From an uncultured Gemmatimonadaceae bacterium (GTDB taxonomy: Bacteria; Gemmatimonadota; Gemmatimonadetes; Gemmatimonadales; Gemmatimonadaceae): a stretch of DNA of 64,000 bases. Location: assembly GCA_963817955.1 (NCBI GenBank), contig CAWFQK010000004.1, forward strand, positions 128,001 to 192,000, written 5' to 3'. Position numbers and translations under genes: made by a program. Below, one piece after another: positions 1 to 10,899 of this stretch. Each line of letters starts with the position of its first letter. Within the stretch, counting starts at the first letter, position 1. The notes under the pieces were generated by a model. The model worked only from the letters and a program-made list of their open reading frames with translations, did no database searches and had not been told where the DNA came from.

Positions 1-920
1 GGGGGCGGTGGCGGATTCCACCACGTAGATCTCTCGGAAGCGCTCGGCATCTTCATGCGAGACTTCGGTGGGTTCGGCGGAATGGAGGACCTGTTCGGGG
101 GGGAGGCCGCCAGGGCAGCAACGGGCCACGTTCCGGTCCAGATGTGAAGATCACCGTGCCGCTGACCCTTGCAGAAGTGGCCACCGGCGTCGAAAAGAAA
201 GTTCCGCTCAAACTGCTCGATTTGTGCGACCACTGCGACGGAACCGGCGCCGAGCCGGGCACGAAGTCACAGGTCTGCGCGACCTGCTCCGGCGCCGGCG
301 AAGTGCGGCGCGCCCAGCGCTCGTTTTTCGGTCAGTTCGTGACGGTCGCGCCATGTCCCAGCTGCCGTGGCGAAGGACGCATCGTCCAGACGCCGTGTAA
401 GAAATGCCGGGGTGAAGGACGTATACGCGGCGAGCACGAGATCAGTGTGCAGATTCCGCCGGGTGTGGCGACCGGGCAATACATGACGATTCGTGGCCAG
501 GGTAACGCCGGTGCGCGCGGCGCCCCCCGTGGCGACATTCATGTCTTGTTCGAGGTTGCCGACGACCCGCGATTCGAGCGGGATGGCGAGGATCTTTATA
601 CCGAGGTGCTCGTTACATATCCGCAGCTCGTACTTGGCGCCGAGCTTTCCGTGCCCGCCGTCTCAGGCCACGCGCTGCTGAACATGCCGGAATCCACGCA
701 AAGCGGACACGTGTTCCATTTGCGTGGAAAGGGACTGCCGCGCGTGAACGCGAGCGGAACCGGCGACCTACACGTGCGGGTACAGCTCTGGACGCCGGAG
801 CGGCTGAGCGAAGAGGAGCAACAGCTCGTCGCACGACTGGGCGAGTTGCAGCCGGGAGTGCCCGAGGACAGTCGTGGAAAGGGTTTCTGGGCCAAGATGA
901 AAGAAGCGCTGGGCGCGTGA
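1..920 (+). CDS. dnaJ: Molecular chaperone DnaJ (5' truncated by window edge)
   Basis: Four CxxCxGxG zinc-finger repeats and a DnaJ C-terminal domain; G/F-rich region at window start. Confidence 0.97.
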   Translation, partial: GRWRIPPRRSLGSARHLHARLRWVRRNGGPVRGGGRQGSNGPRSGPDVKITVPLTLAEVATGVEKKVPLKLLDLCDHCDGTGAEPGTKSQVCATCSGAGEVRRAQRSFFGQFVTVAPCPSCRGEGRIVQTPCKKCRGEGRIRGEHEISVQIPPGVATGQYMTIRGQGNAGARGAPRGDIHVLFEVADDPRFERDGEDLYTEVLVTYPQLVLGAELSVPAVSGHALLNMPESTQSGHVFHLRGKGLPRVNASGTGDLHVRVQLWTPERLSEEEQQLVARLGELQPGVPEDSRGKGFWAKMKEALGA

Positions 921-1753
921 TCGCCGACAGCTCGTGGGTCACCGTGCGCGTGTTCCCCGGCATCGAAGTTCGCGACGCCGTCATCGCCGCGATGTTCGAT
1001 GCCGGCGTGCAGGGCGTGCAGGAGCTCGGCGATTCGCTCGTCACCCAGGTCCCGACCATGGAAGGCGCGGATGCGATCGTGCGCGCTGCTCTCGCGGTGA
1101 GTCCCGACGTGCGCATCGAGAAGGAGCCGCTGCCGCACGTCGACTGGTCTGAGCAGTGGAAGCAGAGTATCCACGTGCAGACGCTTGGTGGATTATCTAT
1201 TGCGCCCCCGTGGCTGGCCGCCGGTCTCGACCCTGCGCGGACGATCGTGATCGACCCCGGAATGGCATTCGGAACCGGTGAGCATGCCACGACTCGCGGC
1301 GTCGTGCGTCTCATGCAGAATGTCATTCGAGGCGGCGACCGAGTCGCTGACCTCGGCGCTGGCAGCGCAGTGCTCGCCATCGCCACCGTCAAGCTCGGCG
1401 CTGAACACGCCACCGCGATAGAGCTCGATCCGGACGCGATCGGCAACGCCGAGGAGAATGTCGCGCGCAACGGGGTCGCCGATCGTGTGACGGTCATCGA
1501 GGGCGAGGCCGCGACGCTCCTTCCGCTCGTCGCACCGGTTCGCGTGATCACGGCCAATATCATTTCCTCGGTCCTGATCGAACTGCTGCCGTCGATCGCG
1601 CTATCACTCGGAGAGGGCGGCCGCGCGATTCTCAGCGGAATTCTCCTGACCGAGCGCGAGGACATGGTTCGGACGCTCGCTGACTCCGGGTGGCGCATTG
1701 AAGCTGAGGACAGCGAGGATGCGTGGTGGAGCACGACGATCGCGCGCCAGTAG
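917..1753 (+). CDS. prmA: Ribosomal protein L11 methyltransferase
   Basis: IDPGMAFGTGEHATT motif, SAM motif DLGAGS; follows dnaJ. Confidence 0.95.
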   Translation: MIADSSWVTVRVFPGIEVRDAVIAAMFDAGVQGVQELGDSLVTQVPTMEGADAIVRAALAVSPDVRIEKEPLPHVDWSEQWKQSIHVQTLGGLSIAPPWLAAGLDPARTIVIDPGMAFGTGEHATTRGVVRLMQNVIRGGDRVADLGAGSAVLAIATVKLGAEHATAIELDPDAIGNAEENVARNGVADRVTVIEGEAATLLPLVAPVRVITANIISSVLIELLPSIALSLGEGGRAILSGILLTEREDMVRTLADSGWRIEAEDSEDAWWSTTIARQ

Positions 1754-2466
1754 CCACCTTCTACGCGGAGGCGGCGTTCGCGGTCAGTCACGCGATTCAG
1801 CTCGGCGAGGCGGCCGCGCACCACGCCCGCGTGAAGCGTCTCGCTCCGCGCGATCGTGTCCGGCTCACGAATGGCGCTGGTACAATCGCGTCGGGCGACA
1901 TCGCCGCGATCCGCAGTGGCAGCATGGATGTTGTGATCCATGAGCTGGCGGCGGTCGCTCGGCCGCCCGAGATACACCTCCGGGTGCCGGTCGCGGATCG
2001 CGATCGCATGCTGTGGCTGGCTGAAAAGGCAACGGAGTTGGGTGTGACGACGTGGCAAGCGGTGCGGTTTCATCGATCGGCCAGCGTATCGCCTCGGGGG
2101 GAAGGCCCGGCGTTCGCCGAGAAAGTGCGCACCCGCATGATCAGCGCGATCGAACAATCCGGAGGCGCATGGTTGCCCCGCGCGCTACCGAACGCGACGC
2201 TCGACGCACTCGACTCGGCCGGCAGCGAGCTGCTGCTCGTGCTCGACGTGAACGGACAGGCGTTGCTATCCGTCGTCAACGGAGCCGAGCGTCCGCCCGT
2301 TCTTCTGGTCGGTCCCGAGGGCGGGATCGATCCAGCTGAGAGCCTCGCTCTCGCCAATGGGGGATGGATGAGCGTGCGGCTGGCGTCCACGACGCTCCGC
2401 TTTGAAACGGCAGGCATGGCCGCAGTCGCCGCCGTCCGGTCGGCACAACTGCTCAGGGAGGGTTAA
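1723..2466 (+). CDS. rsmE: 16S rRNA m3U1498 methyltransferase
   Basis: EKATELGV, VGPEGG and LRFETA motifs; dnaJ-prmA-rsmE synteny. Confidence 0.93.
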   Translation: MVEHDDRAPVATFYAEAAFAVSHAIQLGEAAAHHARVKRLAPRDRVRLTNGAGTIASGDIAAIRSGSMDVVIHELAAVARPPEIHLRVPVADRDRMLWLAEKATELGVTTWQAVRFHRSASVSPRGEGPAFAEKVRTRMISAIEQSGGAWLPRALPNATLDALDSAGSELLLVLDVNGQALLSVVNGAERPPVLLVGPEGGIDPAESLALANGGWMSVRLASTTLRFETAGMAAVAAVRSAQLLREG

Positions 2467-2468
2467 CG

Positions 2469-2810
2469 ATGGCTGACGATTGTCTGTTCTGTCGTATCGT
2501 CCGGAAGGAGATCCCAGTGTCGCTCGTGCTGGAGACGGACGACTGCATTGCATTCCGGGACATCAATCCACAGGCGCCGGTGCACGTACTCGTGGTGCCG
2601 CGTCAACACGTGGCGTCGCTGAACGAAGCCACGGATCCAGCACTGGTCGGCCGACTCTCGCTCGTCGCCGCGCAGATTGCACAGGACGCAGGGATTGCCG
2701 AGTCCGGTTACCGGACAGTGATCAACACGAACCGAAACGCCGGCCAAACGGTCTTTCATATTCATCTGCATCTACTTGGCGGGCGCGTTCTCGGATGGCC
2801 GCCCGGTTGA
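2469..2810 (+). CDS. hinT: Histidine triad nucleotide-binding protein
   Basis: CLFCRI start, DINPQAPVH, HIHLH triad, WPPG end. Confidence 0.93.
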   Translation: MADDCLFCRIVRKEIPVSLVLETDDCIAFRDINPQAPVHVLVVPRQHVASLNEATDPALVGRLSLVAAQIAQDAGIAESGYRTVINTNRNAGQTVFHIHLHLLGGRVLGWPPG

Positions 2811-2845
2811 GCGGATTTTCACGGAGTCGAGCGCAAGAAGCGTGC

Positions 2846-2875
2846 TTGACACCGCTTCGGCGTGCCACGTAAGTT
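2846..2875 (+). promoter_or_regulatory. Sigma70-type promoter upstream of the YqeY gene
   Basis: TTGACA-18 bp-TAAGTT in the intergenic gap. Confidence 0.55.
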
Positions 2876-2976
2876 GAATTGCCCTTTACACTTACCTGAC
2901 GCCCTCTGCGCCACGACAACGAGTTTGTCGGAAGGTGAAAGCCGCATCCGGAACAACCGTTGCAACCACACGCCCA

Positions 2977-3420
2977 ATGGCTCAACTGTTCAGTCGACTG
3001 CAGCAGGACCTGAATTCCGCACGCAAAGCACGCGACCAGGCGGGAGTACTTCTGCTTGGCACGACCATCTCTGACGTTCGCAACCGCGAGATCGAGTTGA
3101 AGCGCGATCTCACCGACGATGACGTCATGGACGTGCTCCGCCGGGGCATCAAGCGCCGCCGCGAGTCCATTGAGATGTACGAAAAGGGCGGCCGGATGGA
3201 TCTCGCGAGCACCGAGCGCAGCGAAGCCGCGGTGCTCAGTAGCTATCTTCCAGTTGGCGCGAGCGAGGATGAGATCCGCGCTGCGGTCGTCGCCGCAATC
3301 GGTGGCGGCGCGACGAACGTCGGTGCAGTAATGGGCAAGGTGATGTCACAGTTCAAGGGACGCGCGGAAGGCGGCACCATCAACCGGATCGTCCGCGAGG
3401 AGTTAGGCAAGACAGCGTGA
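2977..3420 (+). CDS. GatB/YqeY domain protein
   Basis: KRRRESIEMY...YLP and GAVMGKVM...KGRAEG pattern. Confidence 0.9.
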   Translation: MAQLFSRLQQDLNSARKARDQAGVLLLGTTISDVRNREIELKRDLTDDDVMDVLRRGIKRRRESIEMYEKGGRMDLASTERSEAAVLSSYLPVGASEDEIRAAVVAAIGGGATNVGAVMGKVMSQFKGRAEGGTINRIVREELGKTA

Positions 3421-3499
3421 AGGTGTATCGGTTGGCGAAACTCTTTATCCGGATCAGCGATCCCGCTCGCGCGTCCGGGCCTTGCCGGTTGAGCGCCTC

Positions 3500-5896
3500 A
3501 TGAATGCTCATGCGCTGTCCGTCCTCGAGCTCCCGCGCGTGCTCGACTTCGTGGCAGGCTTTGCCGCCTCTGATCTCGGCGCTGCCCGCATCCGCGCGCT
3601 GTCGCCACGGATCGATTCCGATTGGCTGCAGCGGGAGCACGCGCGAGTCGCCGCGATGCGCTCCGCGCTGCAGGGCGATGATCCCTGGCGCCCTGATACG
3701 ATTCCCGATCTCGCGGATGCGCTGACGCGACTCCGCGTGGTCGGAAGCGTTTGGAACGGCGTCGAGCTGATCGCGGCCGCAACGCTGCTGCGTTCGTCAC
3801 GCCGAACGCAGTTGCAATTGCGGGATCCCAAACGGCCGGCCATCGTCCGCGCACTGCTCGCGTCGTTGCTCGACGCGCTGATCACCGCGTCGGCGCTCGA
3901 GGACCGCATCCAGCGAGCCATCCAGGAAGACGGCGAGGTGAAAGACGATGCCTCCGCCGCCCTGCGACGACTCCGGCGCGAACTGCGCATGGCGCAGGGC
4001 GAGCTGATTCGCATTCTCGAGCGTGAGATGGATCGCCTTGAGCCGCATCACCGCGTGTCCGACATGTCGGTAACGATGCGCAACGGGCGGTACGTCATTC
4101 CAGTGCGGCGCGGAGGGCAGGTCGTGGCGGGAGGCATCGTGCATGACACTTCTGCCTCAGGCGCGACGCTCTTCGTCGAACCGCCGGCCGCGGTGGAGTT
4201 CGGGAATCGCATGCGCGAGCTCGAATCGGAAGAGTTCGAGGAGATCGAGCGCATCCTGCTCGAGCTCACCGACGAGATCCGGCCGCGCCGCGACGAGATG
4301 GTCGCTACGCTCGAGGCGCTCGTTGAATTGGATGGACTGTTCGCCCGCGCGCGTTACGCGAATACGTACGGCTGCGCGCCGGCAACGCTGGTACCGGCCC
4401 GCGACGGCTTTGACATTCGCAGCGGACGCCATCCACTGCTGCTCGCGCAGGGTGCGGACGTCGTGCCCTTCGATCTCCTCATGCACCCGGCGGAGCGGAC
4501 GCTCCTCGTCTCTGGCCCGAACACCGGCGGCAAGACCGTCTTGCTGAAGGCGCTTGGATTGATTTCGGCGCTTGCCCAGTGCGGAATCCCCGCGCCAGTC
4601 GGCCCGGAGAGTCGCATCGCCCTGTTCGATGACGCATTCGCCGACGTCGGTGATGAGCAGTCGATCGAAGCAAGTCTGTCGACGTTCAGCGCGCACCTCA
4701 GGAATCTCGCCGAGATTCTGCGCCTCGCGACGGCTGACTCGCTGGTGTTGATCGACGAGCTGGGTTCGGGCACCGATCCCATCGAAGGCGCCGCCCTTGG
4801 CTGGGCGATTCTCGAAAGTTTGACAGCGCGCGGCACCATGACGGCCGCGACAACGCATCTTGGCACGCTCAAGGAGCTGGCGACGCAGGTGCCAGGCGTG
4901 ATCAACGCGTCGCTCCAATTCGACGCCATCGAGCTCGCGCCGACTTTCCGATTGATCAAGGGAATTCCCGGTCGATCGTACGGAATCTCGATTGCGCGCC
5001 GCCTGCGATTGCCCGATGCGATCGTCTCACGTGCCGAAGAGCGGTTGCCGCAACATGAGCGGGACGTGGCCGCGCTCATCGAACAGTTGGAGCGTCGTGA
5101 GGAGGAGTTGGTCATTCGCGAACGCGAGGCGACGGCCGTGCTCGACGACGCGCGACAACGCATCGCGGATGTGGCGAAGCGTGAGCGTGCCGTGCGCGAG
5201 CGCGAGCGAGCCGCAGAGAAGGAGTCTCGGCAGGACGCCCGGCGCTATCTGCTCGATGCGCGCAGCGAGATCGACCGTACGATACGGGATCTCAAATCGC
5301 GCGGTGCCGAGGCGATCGACGATGCGGGACGCAATGCGCGCAAGCGCGCCGAGCAGTTGGCAGCGCAGCAGAATGTGGAGCTGGAGCGCCTCGACCGCGA
5401 AGAGGCGAACGTTCAACGGCGGACCAGCGCGCGTGCCCGTCAGAGCGCCGTTGCTCCGGACGTCGGCGACCCAGTTGCGGTTGCAACTCTCGGCGGAAAG
5501 CTCGGACGTCTGATCGAGTTGCGCGACGGGGATGCGGTCGTCGCGGTGGGTGGGGTCAAGCTGACCGTGCCGAGAGAGTCGCTGACGCGGGTGGAGCAAC
5601 CGGCCGCGCAGGAAACCGCGGGAACCTGGATCGGCGACTTGCCCGAGGTGTACGCTCCAACAGAGGTCGATTTGCGCGGACTGCGACCGGACGAAGCCGA
5701 ATCGGCGGTCCTGCAGGCGCTCGATGACGCCATTCGCGCCGATCTGCGCAATTTACGAATCATCCACGGAAAGGGGACCGGAGCGTTGCGGGACCGTGTC
5801 ACCGAAATGCTTCGCAAGGACACTCGCGTGAAAGGATTCCGCCTGGGGGCTTGGAACGAGGGGGGCGCGGGGGTCACGCTCGCGGAATTCGCGTGA
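3500..5896 (+). CDS. mutS2: Endonuclease MutS2
   Basis: SGATLFVEP, Walker A GPNTGGKT, DELGSGTDP, C-terminal Smr domain (IHGKGTG). Confidence 0.95.
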   Translation: MNAHALSVLELPRVLDFVAGFAASDLGAARIRALSPRIDSDWLQREHARVAAMRSALQGDDPWRPDTIPDLADALTRLRVVGSVWNGVELIAAATLLRSSRRTQLQLRDPKRPAIVRALLASLLDALITASALEDRIQRAIQEDGEVKDDASAALRRLRRELRMAQGELIRILEREMDRLEPHHRVSDMSVTMRNGRYVIPVRRGGQVVAGGIVHDTSASGATLFVEPPAAVEFGNRMRELESEEFEEIERILLELTDEIRPRRDEMVATLEALVELDGLFARARYANTYGCAPATLVPARDGFDIRSGRHPLLLAQGADVVPFDLLMHPAERTLLVSGPNTGGKTVLLKALGLISALAQCGIPAPVGPESRIALFDDAFADVGDEQSIEASLSTFSAHLRNLAEILRLATADSLVLIDELGSGTDPIEGAALGWAILESLTARGTMTAATTHLGTLKELATQVPGVINASLQFDAIELAPTFRLIKGIPGRSYGISIARRLRLPDAIVSRAEERLPQHERDVAALIEQLERREEELVIREREATAVLDDARQRIADVAKRERAVRERERAAEKESRQDARRYLLDARSEIDRTIRDLKSRGAEAIDDAGRNARKRAEQLAAQQNVELERLDREEANVQRRTSARARQSAVAPDVGDPVAVATLGGKLGRLIELRDGDAVVAVGGVKLTVPRESLTRVEQPAAQETAGTWIGDLPEVYAPTEVDLRGLRPDEAESAVLQALDDAIRADLRNLRIIHGKGTGALRDRVTEMLRKDTRVKGFRLGAWNEGGAGVTLAEFA

Positions 5897-7743
5897 TTCC
5901 TGACGATGTGGTCGACCGAGTGCGCGACGAAGCAGACATCGTCTCCATCGTCGGTGAGTTCGTGAAGCTCAAGCGGGTCGGCAACAGCTTCCGCGGACCC
6001 TGTCCCTTTCACCATGGCAAGAAAGACAATTTCTCGGTGACGACGAAGGGGGGGTACAAGTGCTTCCGCTGCGGCGAATCGGGCGACGTCTTCACGTTCG
6101 TCCAGAAGCACGTCGGACTCGACTTCGTGGAAGCCGTGAAGTGGGTTGGGAGCAAGGCGGGGATCGAGGTGCACGAAGTCGCGCATCGCACAGAGGACAA
6201 GGACCCGCGGGAGCCCCTCTGGGAGGTCAACGCCACCGCTGCTGACTTCTTTCGTTCGCAGCTCTGGGATTCACCCATGGCGAAAATGGCGCGCGAATAC
6301 CTCGCGTCGCGAGGCATTTCCAACGACGATGCCGACCGGTTCGGATTGGGATTCGCGCCCCACGACCTGACGGCCATGCGCGACGCGTTGCGGACCCTTG
6401 GCTTCGCCGACGAACGACAGATTGGCGCCGGGCTGCTCGTCGTTCGGGAGGATCGTCCCGAGCCGCGTCCGCGCTTTCGCGATCGCATCATCTTCCCGAT
6501 CAACGATGCATCCGGCCACGTGGTTGGATTTGGCGGGCGCGTGTTCGGCGCCGGAGAGCCGAAGTACCTGAACTCCGCCGAGTCCGAGGTGTTCTCCAAG
6601 CGGAAACTGCTGTACGGTCTGAATTGGGCCAAACAGGCCATCCGCAAGGCTGAGCGGTTGATCGTGGTCGAAGGATACTTTGATGTCATTCGACTGATGC
6701 TGGCCGGAATCTCCGAAGTCGTCGCGCCCCTCGGCACGGCGCTCACCGAGCAGCAGGCCGCGCTGATTCGCAAGTACACCAAGAACGTATTCCTCCTCTA
6801 TGACAGCGATCAGGCGGGTCTCAAGGCCACGTTCCGCGCCGGTGACGAACTGCTCGCCAACAGCGTTTCGGCGCGTGTGATCTCGCTGCCCGCTGGGGAG
6901 GATCCCGATACCTTCGTCGCCAAACATGGCGCAGAAGGATTCGAGCGTGCTGCCGACGCATCTGTCGACGTGTTCGATCGCAAGATCCAGATCCTCGAGC
7001 GCGGAGGTTGGTTTGCAGATCTGCGGCGCAAACGCGAGGCGCTGGACAAGCTCCTGCCAACCATTCGGGTCGCTGCGGATCAGCTGCTTCGCGACCTGTA
7101 CATCTCGCGCACGGCTGAAGTGGCCGGCGTGTCCCGCGACATGCTGATCCGGGAGCTGGAGACGGGGCCTCGCGAACGGCGATTGGCGGCGGAATCCTCA
7201 GCTCCGCCTGGAGAGCCACCACCGGACTTCGGTCCTCCTCCAGATGACGAGGCCTCCGTCGTGCATATGCGGCGCGGCGATCGCCGCGCGGATCGTGGGG
7301 CCATTGGCGTCCGTGCCGAGCGGGAGCTGGTCCGCATGCTGCTGCACCAACGCCGCTACGTCGAACCCGCCGCAGAACGAATTGGCGCCGAGATATTTGC
7401 GGATCGGGCTTATCGAGCCATCTTCACTGAGCTCACCGCGGGCGACATCGAAGCGTCCGTCGATGAGCTGGCGGCAGCGCTCGACGAGGAAGCCACCGAA
7501 GTCCTCCAGGAACTCATGAACGAAAATGGCGGCCTGGAGCGTGCCGAGGAGACTGTGGTGGCGAGCATCAACGCCTTGTTGTCGCGCGATATTTCGACCC
7601 GCCTCGGCGAAATTGATCGTCTGTTACCGCTTTCGGGATCAGATGAGCAGGACGACTTGATACGCGAGAAAAGGCGCCTGGCGCTCGAGATGCAGGCGCT
7701 CGGACGTCCGCGCTGGAAGAAGTTCAATACGACGCGGACCTGA
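5893..7743 (+). CDS. dnaG: DNA primase
   Basis: CPFH...CFRC zinc finger, KYLNS, EGYFD, YDSDQAG and DPD TOPRIM motifs. Confidence 0.97.
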   Translation: MIPDDVVDRVRDEADIVSIVGEFVKLKRVGNSFRGPCPFHHGKKDNFSVTTKGGYKCFRCGESGDVFTFVQKHVGLDFVEAVKWVGSKAGIEVHEVAHRTEDKDPREPLWEVNATAADFFRSQLWDSPMAKMAREYLASRGISNDDADRFGLGFAPHDLTAMRDALRTLGFADERQIGAGLLVVREDRPEPRPRFRDRIIFPINDASGHVVGFGGRVFGAGEPKYLNSAESEVFSKRKLLYGLNWAKQAIRKAERLIVVEGYFDVIRLMLAGISEVVAPLGTALTEQQAALIRKYTKNVFLLYDSDQAGLKATFRAGDELLANSVSARVISLPAGEDPDTFVAKHGAEGFERAADASVDVFDRKIQILERGGWFADLRRKREALDKLLPTIRVAADQLLRDLYISRTAEVAGVSRDMLIRELETGPRERRLAAESSAPPGEPPPDFGPPPDDEASVVHMRRGDRRADRGAIGVRAERELVRMLLHQRRYVEPAAERIGAEIFADRAYRAIFTELTAGDIEASVDELAAALDEEATEVLQELMNENGGLERAEETVVASINALLSRDISTRLGEIDRLLPLSGSDEQDDLIREKRRLALEMQALGRPRWKKFNTTRT

Positions 7744-7769
7744 TTCTTCACACATCTATCGGAGGGCTC

Positions 7770-8474
7770 GTGCACCCAGACGTTGCCGCGCTATTGACCG
7801 TGCAGGATGACGACGTGGCGATTCACGATCTTGAGACGCGTCTCGCCGCGCTGCGGCCGCGACTCGAAGCCATGGCACGCGAGCGGGACCGGGCGCTTGC
7901 GGCGCTGCAGCAGGCGCGACAGAGCGAGGAGAGCGAGGAGCGTCGTCGCCAGGATGTTGCCGCACGTGTCGCACAGCACCGCTCGCTCCAAGAGAAGAAC
8001 CAGACGGCGCTGAACAGCGTCACGTCGATGCGCGAAGCGACCGCGGCGACCGCGCAGCTCGATCAGGCCAAGCGGATGATCGACGAGGATGAGCGGGAAC
8101 TCGCTGCGATCGGCCAGCAACTGGTCGAGGCCAGACGGCTGCTCGAAGAGCGCACACGCGTCGCCGAGGAACTCGAAACCGCGCAGGTGCAGGCCCGCGA
8201 GTCACTGTCCGCCGATCAAGCGGCGATCGAAGATCAGCTCGCCGCGGCGCGCGGTGTGCGCCAGAGGAAAGCCAAGGCGGTGCCACGCAACCTGCTGTCG
8301 CAATACGAGCGCATCCGCTCGCGAAAACGCGTCTTCGCGGTCTTCGCCCTGCGCGGACAATCCTGCAGCAATTGTGATACGATGATTCCATTGCAGCGTC
8401 GGAGCATGATGACAGGCAGTGGTGCGACCGAGATCTGCGAGGGATGCGGCGTGATGCTCTACGCAACGGATTGA
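7770..8474 (+). CDS. Coiled-coil protein with C-terminal C4 zinc ribbon (DUF164-like)
   Basis: Long coiled coil followed by CSNC...CEGC. Confidence 0.8.
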   Translation: MHPDVAALLTVQDDDVAIHDLETRLAALRPRLEAMARERDRALAALQQARQSEESEERRRQDVAARVAQHRSLQEKNQTALNSVTSMREATAATAQLDQAKRMIDEDERELAAIGQQLVEARRLLEERTRVAEELETAQVQARESLSADQAAIEDQLAAARGVRQRKAKAVPRNLLSQYERIRSRKRVFAVFALRGQSCSNCDTMIPLQRRSMMTGSGATEICEGCGVMLYATD

Positions 8475-8512
8475 TGATTGTTGGTGATCCGCACGACCAA
8501 TAATTTTCGCGA

Positions 8513-10249
8513 GTGACTTCCTCCGCCGTTCGCGCTCGCCCCAAGCGCTGGCTCCTGCCGACCGAGCCTGACCCCGGCGCCGTCGAGCGGCTGCTGCACG
8601 AGCTCCATCTCCCGTTTCCGATCTGCCGCTTGCTCGCGATACGCGGCTACGTGGTGCCGGACGAGGCGAAGACGTACCTCCGTCCGCGCCTGGATCACTT
8701 GCACGATCCGAATTGTCTGGCCGATCTCGATCGTGCAGTCGAGCGACTCGTGCGCGCGCTGCGTGACAACGAGACGATTCTCGTGCACGGCGACTATGAC
8801 GTCGACGGCATGTGTTCGACGACGATCATGGTGCGAGCGCTCGTGGCAGCCGGGGGCAACGCGGTGCCGTTCATCCCTCGCCGTCTCGAGGACGGTTACG
8901 ACCTCACGGACGCCGGGGTACGCGCCGCCCACGCGGCCGGCGCAACGCTAGTCGTGACGTGCGACTGCGGCACGAGCGCGCATCGTCCGATCGCTGAGCT
9001 GCAGGCCACTGGCATCGACGTGATCGTGACCGACCACCATCTTCCCGGCGGCCCGCTGCCGCCCGCGTTCGCCGTACTCAACCCCAAGCGACCCGGTTGT
9101 CCGTCGCCGGACAAGGATCTCGCGGCGGTGGGCGTCGCATTCAAGCTGGCGCTGGCGCTGACGCGCGCCGTTGGCGGAAACGAGCACGCGATCCTCGGCA
9201 TGTTGGATCTGGTTGCGCTGGCCACGATCGCCGACGTCGCGCCATTGCGTGGCGAAAATCGTGTGTTCGTACGCTACGGGCTCAAGCTCCTCAACGAGGC
9301 GAAACGGCCCGGCATTCGCGCAATGATACGCGCGGCGGGTCTCGAGGGGAAAATGCTGACGGCGGGCCGCGTGGGATTCATTCTCGCTCCGCGGCTCAAT
9401 GCCGCCGGCCGACTGGGGAGCGCGTTGCGCGGGGTGGACCTGCTGCTTGCTGCGTCCGACCAGGAAGCCAACCCAATCGCCCGCGAGCTCGAAGAGCTGA
9501 ATGCAACGCGACAGGAAACTGATCGCGCGATCCTCGCTCGCGCACGATCGCTCGTGCAACAGATGGATCTTTCGTCGACGTACGGCATCGTGCTCGCCGA
9601 GCAAGGGTGGCACGCCGGCGTCATCGGGATCGTCGCATCGCGCATCGTCGAGGAGTACGGCCGTCCGACGGTGCTGATCGCGCTCGACGGTGCGGAGGGC
9701 AAGGGGTCGGGCCGTTCGATCAGCGCATTCGACCTGCACGGCGGCCTCGCCGAGTGCGCCGACCTGTTGCTCCGTTTCGGTGGACACCGGTTGGCAGCGG
9801 GGGTGACGATCGCCGCCGAGCAGGTGCCGGCGTTCGCCGCGCGTTTCAACCACGTCGCCGCCGCGCGGCTCACGGAAGACGATCTCGTGTCCGAGCTGCG
9901 CGTCGATCTCGAGTTGCCTCTCCGTGAGGCGGACGATGAGCTCGAAGCGTTGCTTCGCCACATGGAGCCGTGCGGCATCGGGAACCCGTCTCCGCTCTTC
10001 GTCTCTCGGGGCGTCACCGTGGCAGCGCCGCCGCGCGTCGTTGGCAAGGACGGGCTCAAGCTGATGCTGAGCTGCGACGGATATGAGCTCACCGCACTAG
10101 GCTGGGGCATGGGTCCGCGGGCGCGCGAGCTGTCTGCGGGCGCCGTCATCGATGTGGCGTTCCGCCTGGAGCGCGACGAGTGGCATGGCGACTCGCGACT
10201 CCAGGCACGACTTGCAGATTTCGTCACACCAAAACCAGGGCACGCCTAG
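8513..10249 (+). CDS. recJ: Single-stranded-DNA-specific exonuclease RecJ
   Basis: GDYDVDG, TDHH, PRLNAAGR, FGGH DHH-family motifs. Confidence 0.97.
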   Translation: MTSSAVRARPKRWLLPTEPDPGAVERLLHELHLPFPICRLLAIRGYVVPDEAKTYLRPRLDHLHDPNCLADLDRAVERLVRALRDNETILVHGDYDVDGMCSTTIMVRALVAAGGNAVPFIPRRLEDGYDLTDAGVRAAHAAGATLVVTCDCGTSAHRPIAELQATGIDVIVTDHHLPGGPLPPAFAVLNPKRPGCPSPDKDLAAVGVAFKLALALTRAVGGNEHAILGMLDLVALATIADVAPLRGENRVFVRYGLKLLNEAKRPGIRAMIRAAGLEGKMLTAGRVGFILAPRLNAAGRLGSALRGVDLLLAASDQEANPIARELEELNATRQETDRAILARARSLVQQMDLSSTYGIVLAEQGWHAGVIGIVASRIVEEYGRPTVLIALDGAEGKGSGRSISAFDLHGGLAECADLLLRFGGHRLAAGVTIAAEQVPAFAARFNHVAAARLTEDDLVSELRVDLELPLREADDELEALLRHMEPCGIGNPSPLFVSRGVTVAAPPRVVGKDGLKLMLSCDGYELTALGWGMGPRARELSAGAVIDVAFRLERDEWHGDSRLQARLADFVTPKPGHA

Positions 10250-10252
10250 CAC

Positions 10253-10786
10253 ATGCGCATCGTGGCTGGAAAATGGCGCGGACGCCGGATCGCTCCGCCA
10301 GCCGACGCACGCGTGCGGCCCACGGGAGATCGCGTGCGCGAAGCATGGTTGAGTATCGTCAACCCGTGGCTCGCGGGCGCACGCGTGCTCGACTTGTTCG
10401 CCGGCTCGGGCGCACTCGGGCTCGAGGCGCTGTCGCGCGGCGCCGAGGTCGTGGACTTCATCGAGCTGTCGCCGATCAGTATCGCGGCGATCCGCGGCAA
10501 CGCCGAACTGTTGGGCGCGGGCCCCGGAGCCGTCTTCCATCGCGCCGACGCCCTGCGATTCGTCGAGAAACTGGAGCCGCATGCGTACGACGTGGCCTTC
10601 GCTGATCCGCCGTACGATCTCGGCTTCGCGACCAAGCTCGCTGATGCGTGGCTCGCCGCGCCGTTCGCCGACATCCTCGGCATCGAACATCGCACGAGCG
10701 AAACGCTCGTCGGTGGCGAGGACCGGCGGTATGGCAACACGACGGTGACGATCTATCGGGTCTCCGATCCCGGAAACCGGGCGTAG
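10253..10786 (+). CDS. rsmD: 16S rRNA m2G966 methyltransferase
   Basis: MRIVAG...RPT, DLFAGSG, DPPY. Confidence 0.93.
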   Translation: MRIVAGKWRGRRIAPPADARVRPTGDRVREAWLSIVNPWLAGARVLDLFAGSGALGLEALSRGAEVVDFIELSPISIAAIRGNAELLGAGPGAVFHRADALRFVEKLEPHAYDVAFADPPYDLGFATKLADAWLAAPFADILGIEHRTSETLVGGEDRRYGNTTVTIYRVSDPGNRA

Positions 10787-10899
10787 GGCTGGGCCGGGCC
10801 CGCGGAGCGATTCGTTGCTGGTCCAGTGGTTCGCAGCCCCGGCCTTCGGTACGTTCCTCGTACGTCCAAGCGGCAACCTCATCTTCCACCGTGTGTTTT

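Noticed and set aside
2811..2976. Possible rpsU between the HIT gene and yqeY
   Set aside because: No S21-like ORF; only a chance EGES tetrapeptide
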